NCBI GenBank assembly: GCA_943787795.1
Contig: CALSNU010000004.1
Location: 160,001-224,000, forward strand
Origin: an uncultured bacterium
GTDB taxonomy: Bacteria; Planctomycetota; UBA1135; GCA-002686595
Direction of reading: 5' to 3'
DNA: 64,000 nucleotides
This document shows positions 31,930 through 40,729 of this stretch, piece by piece. Positions within the stretch are counted from its first letter, which is position 1. Each line of letters opens with the position of its first letter. The position numbers and the translations under genes were made by a program. A model generated the notes under the pieces. The model saw nothing but the letters and a program-made list of their open reading frames with translations. It made no database searches and was not told the origin of the DNA.

Positions 31930-33071
31930 GCCGGCCCCTCCGCAGGATCTTCGATCGGGTCTGCCGCCGCGTCTTCCATCGGGTCGTCTTCAGCGGTCCC
32001 GCCCACCTCTCCGGACACCGCCGCTGCGGCGGCTGCGGCGGCGTCGGAGCCCGGCACCTTCACCTCATCCGCCCCGTCGCCCTCGCCCTCGAAGCGGCTG
32101 GCCAGCGGCTCCGCGTGGAGCCCGCGCTCCTCGGAGAGGTACCGCACCAGCGGATCCACGTAGCCGTGCGTCACCAGGACACGCGTCGCGCCGGTGGCCT
32201 CGATCGCGCCGAGCAGACCACGCCAGTCCGCGTGATCAGAGACCGTGAACCCCTGATCGAAGCCGCGCCGCCGCCGGGGCCCGCGCAGGGTCATCCAGCC
32301 CGAGGCGAACGCGGTCGAGACGTCACCGAACTTCCGCATCCAAGGCGTGCCGTTGGCGGACGGCGGCGCGATCACCAGCCCGTGGCCGCGGATCTCCTTG
32401 GCCACATCCACCGAGGCATAGCGGGTCGGCGGGAGTTCGATTCCCTGGTCGCGGTAGGGGCCGAGCAGCTTGTCGAGGGCCCCGTGGACCGCGATCGGAC
32501 CGGGAGCGTCGTTGAGCGCCGCGAGGAGCCGCTGGGACTTCCCGAGGGCGTAGGCACACAGCAGGCTGGTCCGACCGCTGGCGGCGTTTCCCTCCCACCA
32601 GGCGCGCACGTCCCTCGCCACATCCTCGGGGTCGGGCCACTGGAAGACGGGGAGGCCGAAGGTGCTCTCGCTGATGAAGACATCGCACGGCACCGCCTCG
32701 AAGGCCGCGCAGGTCGGATCGCTTCCTGTCTTGTAGTCGCCGCCCACCACCCAGACCTCTCCTGCGCGCTCGATCCGGATCTGGGCCGAGCCGAGGATGT
32801 GGCCAGCGGGATGGAAGCTCACCTCGACGCCGCCGATCCGGAGGCGCTCCCCGTACTCGAGCCCGTCCACCACGGCGTCCGCGTGGGTCCGAAGCCGCAC
32901 GAGCTCGACCCCTGAGGCGGCCGTCAAGTACCGGCCTGACCCGGGGCGCGTGTGGTCCGCGTGGGCGTGGGTCACCACGGCTCGATCCACGGGACGCCAT
33001 GGGTCGATGTGGAATCCACCCGCCTCACACCAGAGGCCAGCCTCGGTGGTCGTGACGAGGTCGCCCCTCAT
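31926..33071 (-). CDS. Ligase-associated DNA damage response exonuclease (metallo-beta-lactamase fold)
   Basis: IDPWRPVDRAVVTHAHADH, AGHILGS, ESTFGLP, ASGWM, SDHADW. ATG at 33071 overlaps the upstream stop. Confidence 0.92.
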   Translation of the reverse strand: MRGDLVTTTEAGLWCEAGGFHIDPWRPVDRAVVTHAHADHTRPGSGRYLTAASGVELVRLRTHADAVVDGLEYGERLRIGGVEVSFHPAGHILGSAQIRIERAGEVWVVGGDYKTGSDPTCAAFEAVPCDVFISESTFGLPVFQWPDPEDVARDVRAWWEGNAASGRTSLLCAYALGKSQRLLAALNDAPGPIAVHGALDKLLGPYRDQGIELPPTRYASVDVAKEIRGHGLVIAPPSANGTPWMRKFGDVSTAFASGWMTLRGPRRRRGFDQGFTVSDHADWRGLLGAIEATGATRVLVTHGYVDPLVRYLSEERGLHAEPLASRFEGEGDGADEVKVPGSDAAAAAAAAVSGEVGGTAEDDPMEDAAADPIEDPAEGPA

Positions 33072-35503
33072 CCCCAGGGAGCCCGCGCCTCGGCGGACGA
33101 GAACGAGCCGAGGACCCGCCCTGCCAGCGCTCTGCCAGCGAGCCACGCGCCCTGGACCTTGGAGCCGTTCAGCCAGTCGCCCGCGACGCCGAGCCCAGCC
33201 TCCGCGTCCAGGGCAGCGCCGTCCGAGCGGGCCGGGTTGGCCGCGCTGAAGAGCCACCGCATCCGGTCGCGGTGCAGCACCGCGGGGAGGGCGACGCCCG
33301 CAGCCGCGCCGAGGGCCGAGAGCAACGCGTCGGCGACCTCATCCTCGCCCGCCTCGAAGTGCGCTCGGGACCAGTCGGGGCTCCCGTGGAGGACCCACGC
33401 CTCCCCGTCCGGTCGGCCGGGCTTCGAGCTGTTTCGGCAGACCCAGGACAGGGGCCCCTGATTCACGAAGGCGCCGTCAAAGGGCACGTCGAGGGGAGCG
33501 TCGAACGCCACCATGATCGCCACGCAAGGGTCCATGTCGACGGACGCCGCGAGGTCCATGAGGCGCGGCGACTCGTCCAGCAGCGGCGCCGCCTGCGCGG
33601 GGGGCGTCGTCACCAGCACGACGTCGAAGCCGCCGAGGGTTCGGCCGTCCTCGAGGGCCACGCTCCAGTCGCCGCCGGAGCGATCCAGGGCCGTGACGCG
33701 GCTCCCGCAGCGCACGTCAAGATCTCGCGCCGTCCGCCGTGCCATGGCGTTCATCCCCGGGACCCCGACGAACCGCAGGTCGGTCTCACCCGCCGCGCGC
33801 GCCCGCGGCTCCCCCGGGGCGTCGATCACCGCGATCCTCCCCCCCCAGGGCTCGACCACGCCTTCCTCGACCCACAGGTCCACCACCCGCCGGAACCGCG
33901 GATCCCTCGCCGTGAAGTACTGGGCGCCGTGGTCAAAGGCGAACGGGTCCGCGCGCCGGGTCGAGGTCCGCCCTCCCACGCCACGCCCCTTGTCGAGCAC
34001 CACCACCTCGTGTCCCGCGGCCTCGAGCGCCTCGGCCGCGGCGAGCCCGCAGAGGCCGGCTCCGATGACCGCGATGCTCCGCTTCTGCGCTGCCGGCGCC
34101 GAGGCGCGCGCCCCGTACCGCGCGACATCCAGGCGCGAGGCGTGCACCTCCGTGGAGCGGCCACGGAGCTCGCCAGTGATCGGCTCCGCCGGCGAAAATG
34201 GCCGATCGAATTGCCCGAGGCACCACAGGAGCCCGCCGTAGGAGGAGGGGTCCCTGCCGTCGAGCGCATAGCGATGGTTGAGGTCGATGAGCCGGGCGAG
34301 CGCAGCCTCGGGAGACGCAGACCACGGGATGAGCGCCTTGCCCCAGGTCATCCGCAGGTTGTTATGCAGCTCGCCGTGCCGCAGCAGCGATCGCTGCGTC
34401 GCGTCCCAGAGTTCGTCACCGGTGCGCGCCCCGGCGAGGTCCAGCGTGGAGCGGGCACCCGGACGCGGATCCGCGCGATGCTCGTCGAGGGTCAGCCGAG
34501 CCCACTCCGGAACCGCGGCGAGCGAGTCGAGGTCCACGCCGGCGTGGTGGCAGAAGTGCCAGGCCACCTCTCGCCAGACCAGCAGCTCATCCAGGAACTT
34601 GTCCGCCCCTGCGCCGCCGATCGCGAGGCACTCCCGGGCGACGGTCAGGGGTGAGAGCATGCCGAAGTGGAAGTAGGCCGAAAGCCTCGAGACCCCCGGC
34701 CGGAGGGCGTCGTTGCGATCCCGGGCGTAGCGGACGAGACGCTCGTCCCGGAAGGCCTCCCAGCGCGCCGACGCCGCGCGCGAGCCGCCGACGGTGTGCG
34801 GCACGGGCCCGATGCCGTGGTCCACGTCACAGGCGGCGACGAGCTCGGCCAGGAGCGCGTCGCCGTCCGCCAGGCAAAGGTCCAGGGGCTCGAAGCCGAG
34901 GTCCCCCGCGAAGCGCTCAGGGGTGGGCTGCTGGTCCGGCTCCCACCCGAGCCAGGCCTTGCGGGCCTTCCTGGTCGCCTTCTTGAAGGCGAAGGCCCGC
35001 TCGTAGCCCCTGGCCGTTGCGGTCAACGGGACGACGCAAGAGGCGTCCACTTCCACCACTGGCGTCTTTGTTGCGCTGGCCAGCGCAGCGGTCCAGGTGG
35101 TGAGGGGGGCGACCGGCGCGGCGTCGCAGAGAACGACCGCGGCTCGGCTGGCGAGCTGACGCAGCGCAGGCTGCTCATGGCCCGGCCGGCGGAGGTGGAA
35201 CGCGTACTCGATGCCGCGGGCGTCCAGGTCCGCAGCGAGGTCCCGGGCACCCTCCAGGACGAACGTCCAAAGCCGGTCCGAGGCGAAGGGGTGCCGATCG
35301 TCGAGCCCCTGATAGACGAGCAGCGGCAGGCCCAGCCCGTTGGCGACGGCGCACGCCGCCTCGAGCGCTGGGTTGGAGGCCGCCCTCATGGCCGATCGGA
35401 TCCAGAGCAGGACAACCTCGCCATCGACCCGGGGCGTCACATCGGGACCGAGGCAACGCTGGCCAAGCTCCTCCGGGAGCAACTGTTGGAGATCCGTCGT
35501 CAT
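33068..35503 (-). CDS. Class II photolyase-like domain fused to a renalase-like FAD-dependent oxidoreductase
   Basis: N-terminal part: SRLSAYFHFG, ELHNNLRMTWGK, NHRYALDGRDPSSYGG. C-terminal part: VIGAGLCG, DKGRGVGGRTSTRR, FDHGAQYF, AGDW. Confidence 0.85.
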   Translation of the reverse strand: MTTDLQQLLPEELGQRCLGPDVTPRVDGEVVLLWIRSAMRAASNPALEAACAVANGLGLPLLVYQGLDDRHPFASDRLWTFVLEGARDLAADLDARGIEYAFHLRRPGHEQPALRQLASRAAVVLCDAAPVAPLTTWTAALASATKTPVVEVDASCVVPLTATARGYERAFAFKKATRKARKAWLGWEPDQQPTPERFAGDLGFEPLDLCLADGDALLAELVAACDVDHGIGPVPHTVGGSRAASARWEAFRDERLVRYARDRNDALRPGVSRLSAYFHFGMLSPLTVARECLAIGGAGADKFLDELLVWREVAWHFCHHAGVDLDSLAAVPEWARLTLDEHRADPRPGARSTLDLAGARTGDELWDATQRSLLRHGELHNNLRMTWGKALIPWSASPEAALARLIDLNHRYALDGRDPSSYGGLLWCLGQFDRPFSPAEPITGELRGRSTEVHASRLDVARYGARASAPAAQKRSIAVIGAGLCGLAAAEALEAAGHEVVVLDKGRGVGGRTSTRRADPFAFDHGAQYFTARDPRFRRVVDLWVEEGVVEPWGGRIAVIDAPGEPRARAAGETDLRFVGVPGMNAMARRTARDLDVRCGSRVTALDRSGGDWSVALEDGRTLGGFDVVLVTTPPAQAAPLLDESPRLMDLAASVDMDPCVAIMVAFDAPLDVPFDGAFVNQGPLSWVCRNSSKPGRPDGEAWVLHGSPDWSRAHFEAGEDEVADALLSALGAAAGVALPAVLHRDRMRWLFSAANPARSDGAALDAEAGLGVAGDWLNGSKVQGAWLAGRALAGRVLGSFSSAEARAPWG

Positions 35504-35674
35504 GTAGGGGAATTCGCCAACGTGTCGCTGCGCGATGCACGAACCGGCGCCCCTGTGCAAGTCATCCAGGGATCTCCCCGATGCCTCCGCCGTAGTTCCC
35601 GCAGTTGCGTCCCGTTGGCCTTCGGGCGAGCCTTGTGTTGAGGGTGCGTGACGCGATCCAACGCACCTCCTGCC

Positions 35675-36317
35675 ATGTCCGCACCCGACCGACTCCAGAC
35701 CTATGAGCTGCTGCGCCGCAGCGCTGCTGGCGACCCGCGCTCACGACAAGAGCTGACCGGCGTCGCCAAGCGCAGGCTCTCCGCGGAGTCAGGGCGACTG
35801 GAGAGGGATCAGGACGCCGCCCCCATCGAGCGAGTCGGCTCGGCTGGCGCGAGCTCTGGCTCGGCTGGCTCTGGCTCGGCTGGCTCTGGCTCGGCTGGCA
35901 TCGACCTCGTCGCCGCCGCCGAGGGCCTCTCCCGGGATATCTTCCATGATCCCGCCGCCGACGAGCTCCGGGCCGAGCTCCTGGGCGGAATCGCCCGCGC
36001 CATCGAGGAGCTGCTCGGTACGACGGGAGCCCAGACCTCCGCCTTCGCGCCGGCCATCCTGCTCCCGCCGCTTGAACCCGGGGCCGAGCGATTGAGAGGT
36101 GAGCTCCCCGGAGCTCGGCGACGCCCTGCGGCGCATGGGGCAGCTCCAGGGGAAAGACGCCTTGCTGGCGATCCTCTGCCTGGTGCTCGACCAGAGCGTG
36201 GACGAGGCGGCCCGTGCGATCCAGCGGCCGGTCGGCCTCGCCGAGCTGGAGTGGACCGTCGCCCGGGAGTGGCTGGACCGAGAGCTCGACCTCTCGACCA
36301 GATCGGCCGGCGCCTGA
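35675..36317 (+). pseudogene. Degenerate Planctomycete-type ECF sigma factor-like gene with an apparent frameshift near 36095
   Basis: N-terminal TYELLRRSAAGDPRSRQEL and C-terminal sigma4-like SVDEAARAI...EWTVAREWLDREL are in different frames. The region 2 equivalent is poorly conserved. Confidence 0.5.
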
Positions 36318-36403
36318 GGCGGCACGCGGCAGCGAGACCCGGGACCGCGACTCCCGGGCGGACGGCGGCGGCTCCGGCGCCATGGCGACGTAGAGTGGCG
36401 CCC

Positions 36404-37243
36404 ATGACGGCTCTTCCCGAGGACTTGAAGGCGCGCTTCGAACGGGATGGCTTCGTCATCCTGGAAGACGCGATCGAGAGCGCGACCCTGGAGGCGCTCA
36501 GGGGCGCCATCGCGGAGCACGCGGCAGCCCATGACCCCGAGGCGGATCAGGCCGTGTTCCGAACAGACGATCGGGACGCCGGCCGCGAGGAGACGTTCTT
36601 CGCCTCGGCCAGGGGGATCCAGGCCTTCCTCGAGGCGGAGGCCCTCGATGAAGACGGTTCCCTCAGAGAGCCACGTGACCGCTGCCTCAACAAGATCGGG
36701 CACGCGCTCCACGACCTCGACCCCCGGTTCGAAGCGCTCGCGAGGAGCGAGGCCGTGAGGAGCGCCTTCGCCCTGGGCGGCCTCGAGCGCCCGCGGCTCG
36801 TGCAGAGCATGGTGATCTTCAAGCCAGCGGGGATCGGCGGCGAGGTGCGGTGGCACCAGGACGCCAGCTACCTCCTGACCGAGCCCCAGCGCGTGGTGGG
36901 CCTGTGGGTCGCCCTCGAGGACGCGGACCGGACCAACGGCTGCCTGTGGATGGCGCCTGGCTCCCACCGGGGGCCGCTCCGGGAACGCTTCGAGGTGGAC
37001 TGGGACGCCAGGAGCGGAGCGCTGCACGACCTGGACTCCACGCCCTGGCCCCAGGAGGCCGTGCCCCTCGAGGTCCGCGCGGGCTCGATGGTGGTCTTCC
37101 ACGACCTCATGCCCCACCGATCCGACGCCAATCGCAGCGAGCGCTCCCGGGTCGCCGTGACCCTCCACGCCCACGAGGCGGGCGCGGCATGGGCGCCTGA
37201 GAACTGGCTCCAGCGGGAGACGATGCCCCACTTCGACCTGTGA
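36404..37243 (+). CDS. Phytanoyl-CoA dioxygenase (PhyH/PHYHD1-like) family protein
   Basis: FERDGF, NKIGHALH, QSMVIFK, WHQD, WVALEDA..NGCL..PGSH, HRS..NRS..R. Confidence 0.9.
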   Translation: MTALPEDLKARFERDGFVILEDAIESATLEALRGAIAEHAAAHDPEADQAVFRTDDRDAGREETFFASARGIQAFLEAEALDEDGSLREPRDRCLNKIGHALHDLDPRFEALARSEAVRSAFALGGLERPRLVQSMVIFKPAGIGGEVRWHQDASYLLTEPQRVVGLWVALEDADRTNGCLWMAPGSHRGPLRERFEVDWDARSGALHDLDSTPWPQEAVPLEVRAGSMVVFHDLMPHRSDANRSERSRVAVTLHAHEAGAAWAPENWLQRETMPHFDL

Positions 37244-37308
37244 GCCGTCAGCCGGCGGACATGAGCCGCCGGACATGAGCCGCCTGCCGCCGGAAAGGCG
37301 GCGCCGCT

Positions 37309-39411
37309 TCAGACCGCGCGCGACTCGCCGAAGCGGGCGTAGAGCTCGCTGATCGGCCCGGGCTCTCCGATGACCAGGAGCCGGTCACCGCTCAGCAGCA
37401 CCGTCTCTCCCCGCGGTACCAGGGTCCGGCCAGCGCGGCGGACCGCGACCATGAGGCACTCCTCGGGGAGGTCGAGATCACGGACGCGGAGGCCTGCGAG
37501 CGCCTCCGCAGGGCCCCCGGGGTTCAACTCGATGGAGATGTAGCGCTCGTTCCGCAGGAAGATCTCCCGCAGCTGCACCTCGTTGGTCGCGCCCAACCAC
37601 TCCTCGATGAAGCGATCCTCGTCGATCCGACTCGCCAGCTGCGCGAGCATGCGCAGGTGCTGGCTCGGGTCCCCAGCGGGGCTGACCAGGAAGAACACCG
37701 CGTGGACCCCGTCGGTGGTGGTCTGCTGGCCGAAGACGTCCCCGCCTTCGATCGTCAGCCCCACGCTGCTCCTGCCGAGCACCAGGAACGGGCGCTCAAG
37801 CCCCTCCAGGTGCATGTGAGGCAACGCGACGCCCTTGGACACAGGGGTCGCGCCGGTCTTCGTCCCCTCGGTGAACCCGTCCACGAACGTCTGCGCCTCG
37901 GTCCCGGTCTTCGCGTGCAGCGCGCTGGCCGCGCGACCCACGAGCCGTTCGAATTCCTCGTCGGCTCCGAGATCGACCACGGAGGCGGTGACCACCACCT
38001 CGTCGAAGGGGTCGTCATCCCTGAGCCCCTTCTGCTTGAGGATCCCTCGCAGCTCGGAGTCCAGATCCTCATGGCGCTGCTCTCCGAGCCGCGCGAAGAC
38101 GTGAAACACGGCGCCGCGGCGCTCCACACGTCCCTTGGCATAGGTCCAGTACCACGCGATGCCGCCGGCCACCAGCGCCAGGCTGAAGAGGGTCGGCATG
38201 AGCCCCATGGCCGCGATGAGAAAGAACGGCGCGAAGATCCCGAAGAGCGGGAGCCAGGGATAGAGCGGGGTCCGGAAGCCCGGATCGTAGGAGCTGAGGC
38301 CGCTCTCACGCATCACGATGACGGCGAGGCACTCGAGAGCGAAGATGAAGAGCTGAAAGGAGCTGGCGAGCTTCGCGATGCCCAAGGGGTCGAGGAACAG
38401 CACGATCGCGATCACGACCCCGACGCTGAGCGCGATCGAGCGCGTCGGGGTGCCGCGACCACCGAGCCGCGCGAGCCCGGGGGGAAGCAAGCTGTCGCCC
38501 GCCATCGCCATCGGATAGCGAGACGCGCTGAGGATCCCCGCGTTGGCCACGGAGAAGAACGCGAGGACGGCGGCGAGCGTGATCACCGCCATGCCCAGCT
38601 TGCCCGCGATGGCCTCCGCGGCCTGGGCCATGGGCGTCTCGCTGCCGCTGAGCTCCGCCATGGGGACCACGCCGACCATGACCGACGTGGTCACCAGGTA
38701 GATCACCACCGCGGTGAGCATTGAGAGGAAGACGGCCCGGGGGAGGGTCCGCTCCGGGTCCTTGATCTCCTCGGCGACGCTGATGACCTTGGTGACTCCC
38801 ACGTACGAGATGTAGACCGTGCCCGCCGTGGCGATGATCGCGTCCGGACCCGAGTCGAAGAAGCCGCTGAAGGCGGTGGGGTCGATCTCGGGCAGCCCCA
38901 GCACCGAGAAGATCGTGAGGATGAGCATCAGCCCCCCGACGAGGAGCCGCTGGAACACGGCGGTCTTCTTGGCGCCGAGGACGTTGACGACGGCGAAGAG
39001 CAGCGCGAAGCCCACCGCGATGGACTTGGTCAGCAGCGGGCTCGGCTCGAGATAGAGCGAGACGTACGCGCCCAGGCCCACGAGGGCGAACGACGTCTTG
39101 AGGATCAGCGCCAGCCAGGTCCCGATCCCCCCCACCGTGCCTGCCAGAGGCCCGAGGCTGCGGTCCAGGAAGTAGTAGGTTCCGCCGGCCTTCGGCATGG
39201 CCGTCGCAAGCTCGACCTTGCAGAGGACCGCGGGGACCAGCGGGATCGCCGCGATCAGATAGCAGAGGGTGATCGCGGCGCCGGCCTGGCCTGCCGCGAT
39301 GCCCGGGAGCAGAAAGAGCCCCGCCGAGAGCGTCGCCCCGGTCGCCAGGGCGTACACATCGAGCAGGCGCAACTCCTTGGTGAGCTTGACCGTATCAGCG
39401 CTCTGTGCCAT
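37309..39411 (-). CDS. APC-family permease with C-terminal PTS EIIA-like and TrkA-C (RCK_C) domains
   Basis: About 12 TM helices, ELATAMPKAGG, AEEIKDP, then GVALPH (EIIA) and VRRAGRTLVPRGETVLLSGDRL (TrkA-C). Confidence 0.85.
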   Translation of the reverse strand: MAQSADTVKLTKELRLLDVYALATGATLSAGLFLLPGIAAGQAGAAITLCYLIAAIPLVPAVLCKVELATAMPKAGGTYYFLDRSLGPLAGTVGGIGTWLALILKTSFALVGLGAYVSLYLEPSPLLTKSIAVGFALLFAVVNVLGAKKTAVFQRLLVGGLMLILTIFSVLGLPEIDPTAFSGFFDSGPDAIIATAGTVYISYVGVTKVISVAEEIKDPERTLPRAVFLSMLTAVVIYLVTTSVMVGVVPMAELSGSETPMAQAAEAIAGKLGMAVITLAAVLAFFSVANAGILSASRYPMAMAGDSLLPPGLARLGGRGTPTRSIALSVGVVIAIVLFLDPLGIAKLASSFQLFIFALECLAVIVMRESGLSSYDPGFRTPLYPWLPLFGIFAPFFLIAAMGLMPTLFSLALVAGGIAWYWTYAKGRVERRGAVFHVFARLGEQRHEDLDSELRGILKQKGLRDDDPFDEVVVTASVVDLGADEEFERLVGRAASALHAKTGTEAQTFVDGFTEGTKTGATPVSKGVALPHMHLEGLERPFLVLGRSSVGLTIEGGDVFGQQTTTDGVHAVFFLVSPAGDPSQHLRMLAQLASRIDEDRFIEEWLGATNEVQLREIFLRNERYISIELNPGGPAEALAGLRVRDLDLPEECLMVAVRRAGRTLVPRGETVLLSGDRLLVIGEPGPISELYARFGESRAV

Positions 39412-39632
39412 CGCGAACAGGGTAGCGATTCACCCCACCTCTCCCACCATCCGAACCGGGTTCACCGGCTCCTTCGGGGCGCCAGCCTCCCGGAAAATTC
39501 GACCCGCTCGGGGTGCCGCGACGCCCACGGCCCGACGCCTTGCGGCGCACCGCGGCTGCCGGGACGCTGGACCGTGGAGCCCCCGGAATGCTGGCGACCC
39601 CGACCGGCAGCCGCTCCCACCACCGAGCGGCC

Positions 39633-39834
39633 CCCCGCCTAGAGTCGCCTCCCGCGCAGAGTCGCCCGCCGCGCAGAGATGCCCCCCCGCACGCAGCGCC
39701 GCCTTACACGGCGGCTCCAGCACAGAGCCGCTCTCGCACCAAGCGGCTCTCGCACAGGGCAGCTCTAGCGCAGAGCGGCTCTCGTACGCAGGGGCTCCCC
39801 GGGACGCAGGGGCTCCTCGGGACGCAGGGTCCCG
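39633..39834. repeat. Degenerate tandem array with a 16-18 bp period (GCRCAGAGCRGCTCT / GGACGCAGGGGCTC)
   Basis: Visible downstream of the usp stop codon. Confidence 0.7.
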
Positions 39835-40725
39835 TCAGGACACCGGGCAGACAAAGTCCTTGGGCTTGAAGCAGAGGATTGACTCCTCCGCCTGAGGCAG
39901 GACGCGCTCGGCAATGGTGCCCACATCGAAGCCTGGGCGCCCTCCCCTGGAGAGGCTCCCCATCACGAGCACATCCGGGCGCTCTTGCTCCACCTTCTCG
40001 AGGATCTGAACGTGAGGGTCTCCACGCTCCAGGTGCAGCGTAGGGTCCACGTCGAGGGCGTCCGCCTGCCGCTCGAGGGAGGCGAGGGCCCGGGTCCGGG
40101 CCTCGTCGACCCGAAGGGCGTAGTCGTCCTCCGAGAGGTCCGCTGCCGCCCGCTGCTCCGCCCAAGTCAGGTTCCAGGCGTGCAGCAGGTGAAGCTCGCC
40201 ACTCGATTGCGCCGCGAGCCAGGCCGACGCCGAGAGGAGGTCGTCGGTCACCGGCGAGAAGTCCGTGCAGGCGAGGACGTGGCGGTGGTGCAGGTCATGC
40301 TCGGGGTTCACCAGCCACACGGGCGCCGGACACTTACGGAGGAGCTTGACCGCGGTGCTCCCGACCTGGCGCCGACCGCGATCCGGCACGGAGCGCTTGC
40401 CGGCCAGCACAAGCTCTGCGCCATCCTCGATCGCCGCCCGGCAGAGCGCGAGCCAGGGGTAGTCCTCGGCGATCCGGATCGCCGCCTTGGCGCCGTCCGC
40501 CTCGACGAGCTCCCTGAGTTCCTCCAGCTCCTCGGTGGCCTTGGAGGCGAGCTCCACCGGACCGCTGCCGTCCTCGGCCCACGCGGCGTGGAGCAGCGTG
40601 ACATGGGCGCCGGTGCGCGACGCCAGCCAGGCCGCTTGCCGAGCCGCCCTCACCGACCCCACGTCGGGGACGCCGGTGCGGGGGTGGAGTCCAATCCCGG
40701 CGACGATCTTTTGGATGGTCTCCAA
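39835..40725 (-). CDS. Tandem-domain universal stress protein (UspE-like)
   Basis: GSTAVKLLRKCPAPVWLV, ACTDFS, DVLVMGS, GTIAERVL. TTG start. Confidence 0.88.
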   Translation of the reverse strand: METIQKIVAGIGLHPRTGVPDVGSVRAARQAAWLASRTGAHVTLLHAAWAEDGSGPVELASKATEELEELRELVEADGAKAAIRIAEDYPWLALCRAAIEDGAELVLAGKRSVPDRGRRQVGSTAVKLLRKCPAPVWLVNPEHDLHHRHVLACTDFSPVTDDLLSASAWLAAQSSGELHLLHAWNLTWAEQRAAADLSEDDYALRVDEARTRALASLERQADALDVDPTLHLERGDPHVQILEKVEQERPDVLVMGSLSRGGRPGFDVGTIAERVLPQAEESILCFKPKDFVCPVS

Positions 40726-40729
40726 GGCG

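Noticed and set aside
35536..35559. TGCAC-N14-GTGCA inverted repeat as an operator of the repair operon (similar TGCA-N11-TGCA at 121-139)
   Set aside because: Arms are short, spacing is inconsistent, and there is no match to a box I can name; compatible with chance.
35648..37243. 531-aa ORF as an ECF-PhyH fusion
   Set aside because: The middle segment is out-of-frame read-through over the sigma4-like region. phyH has its own ATG and -10-like box.
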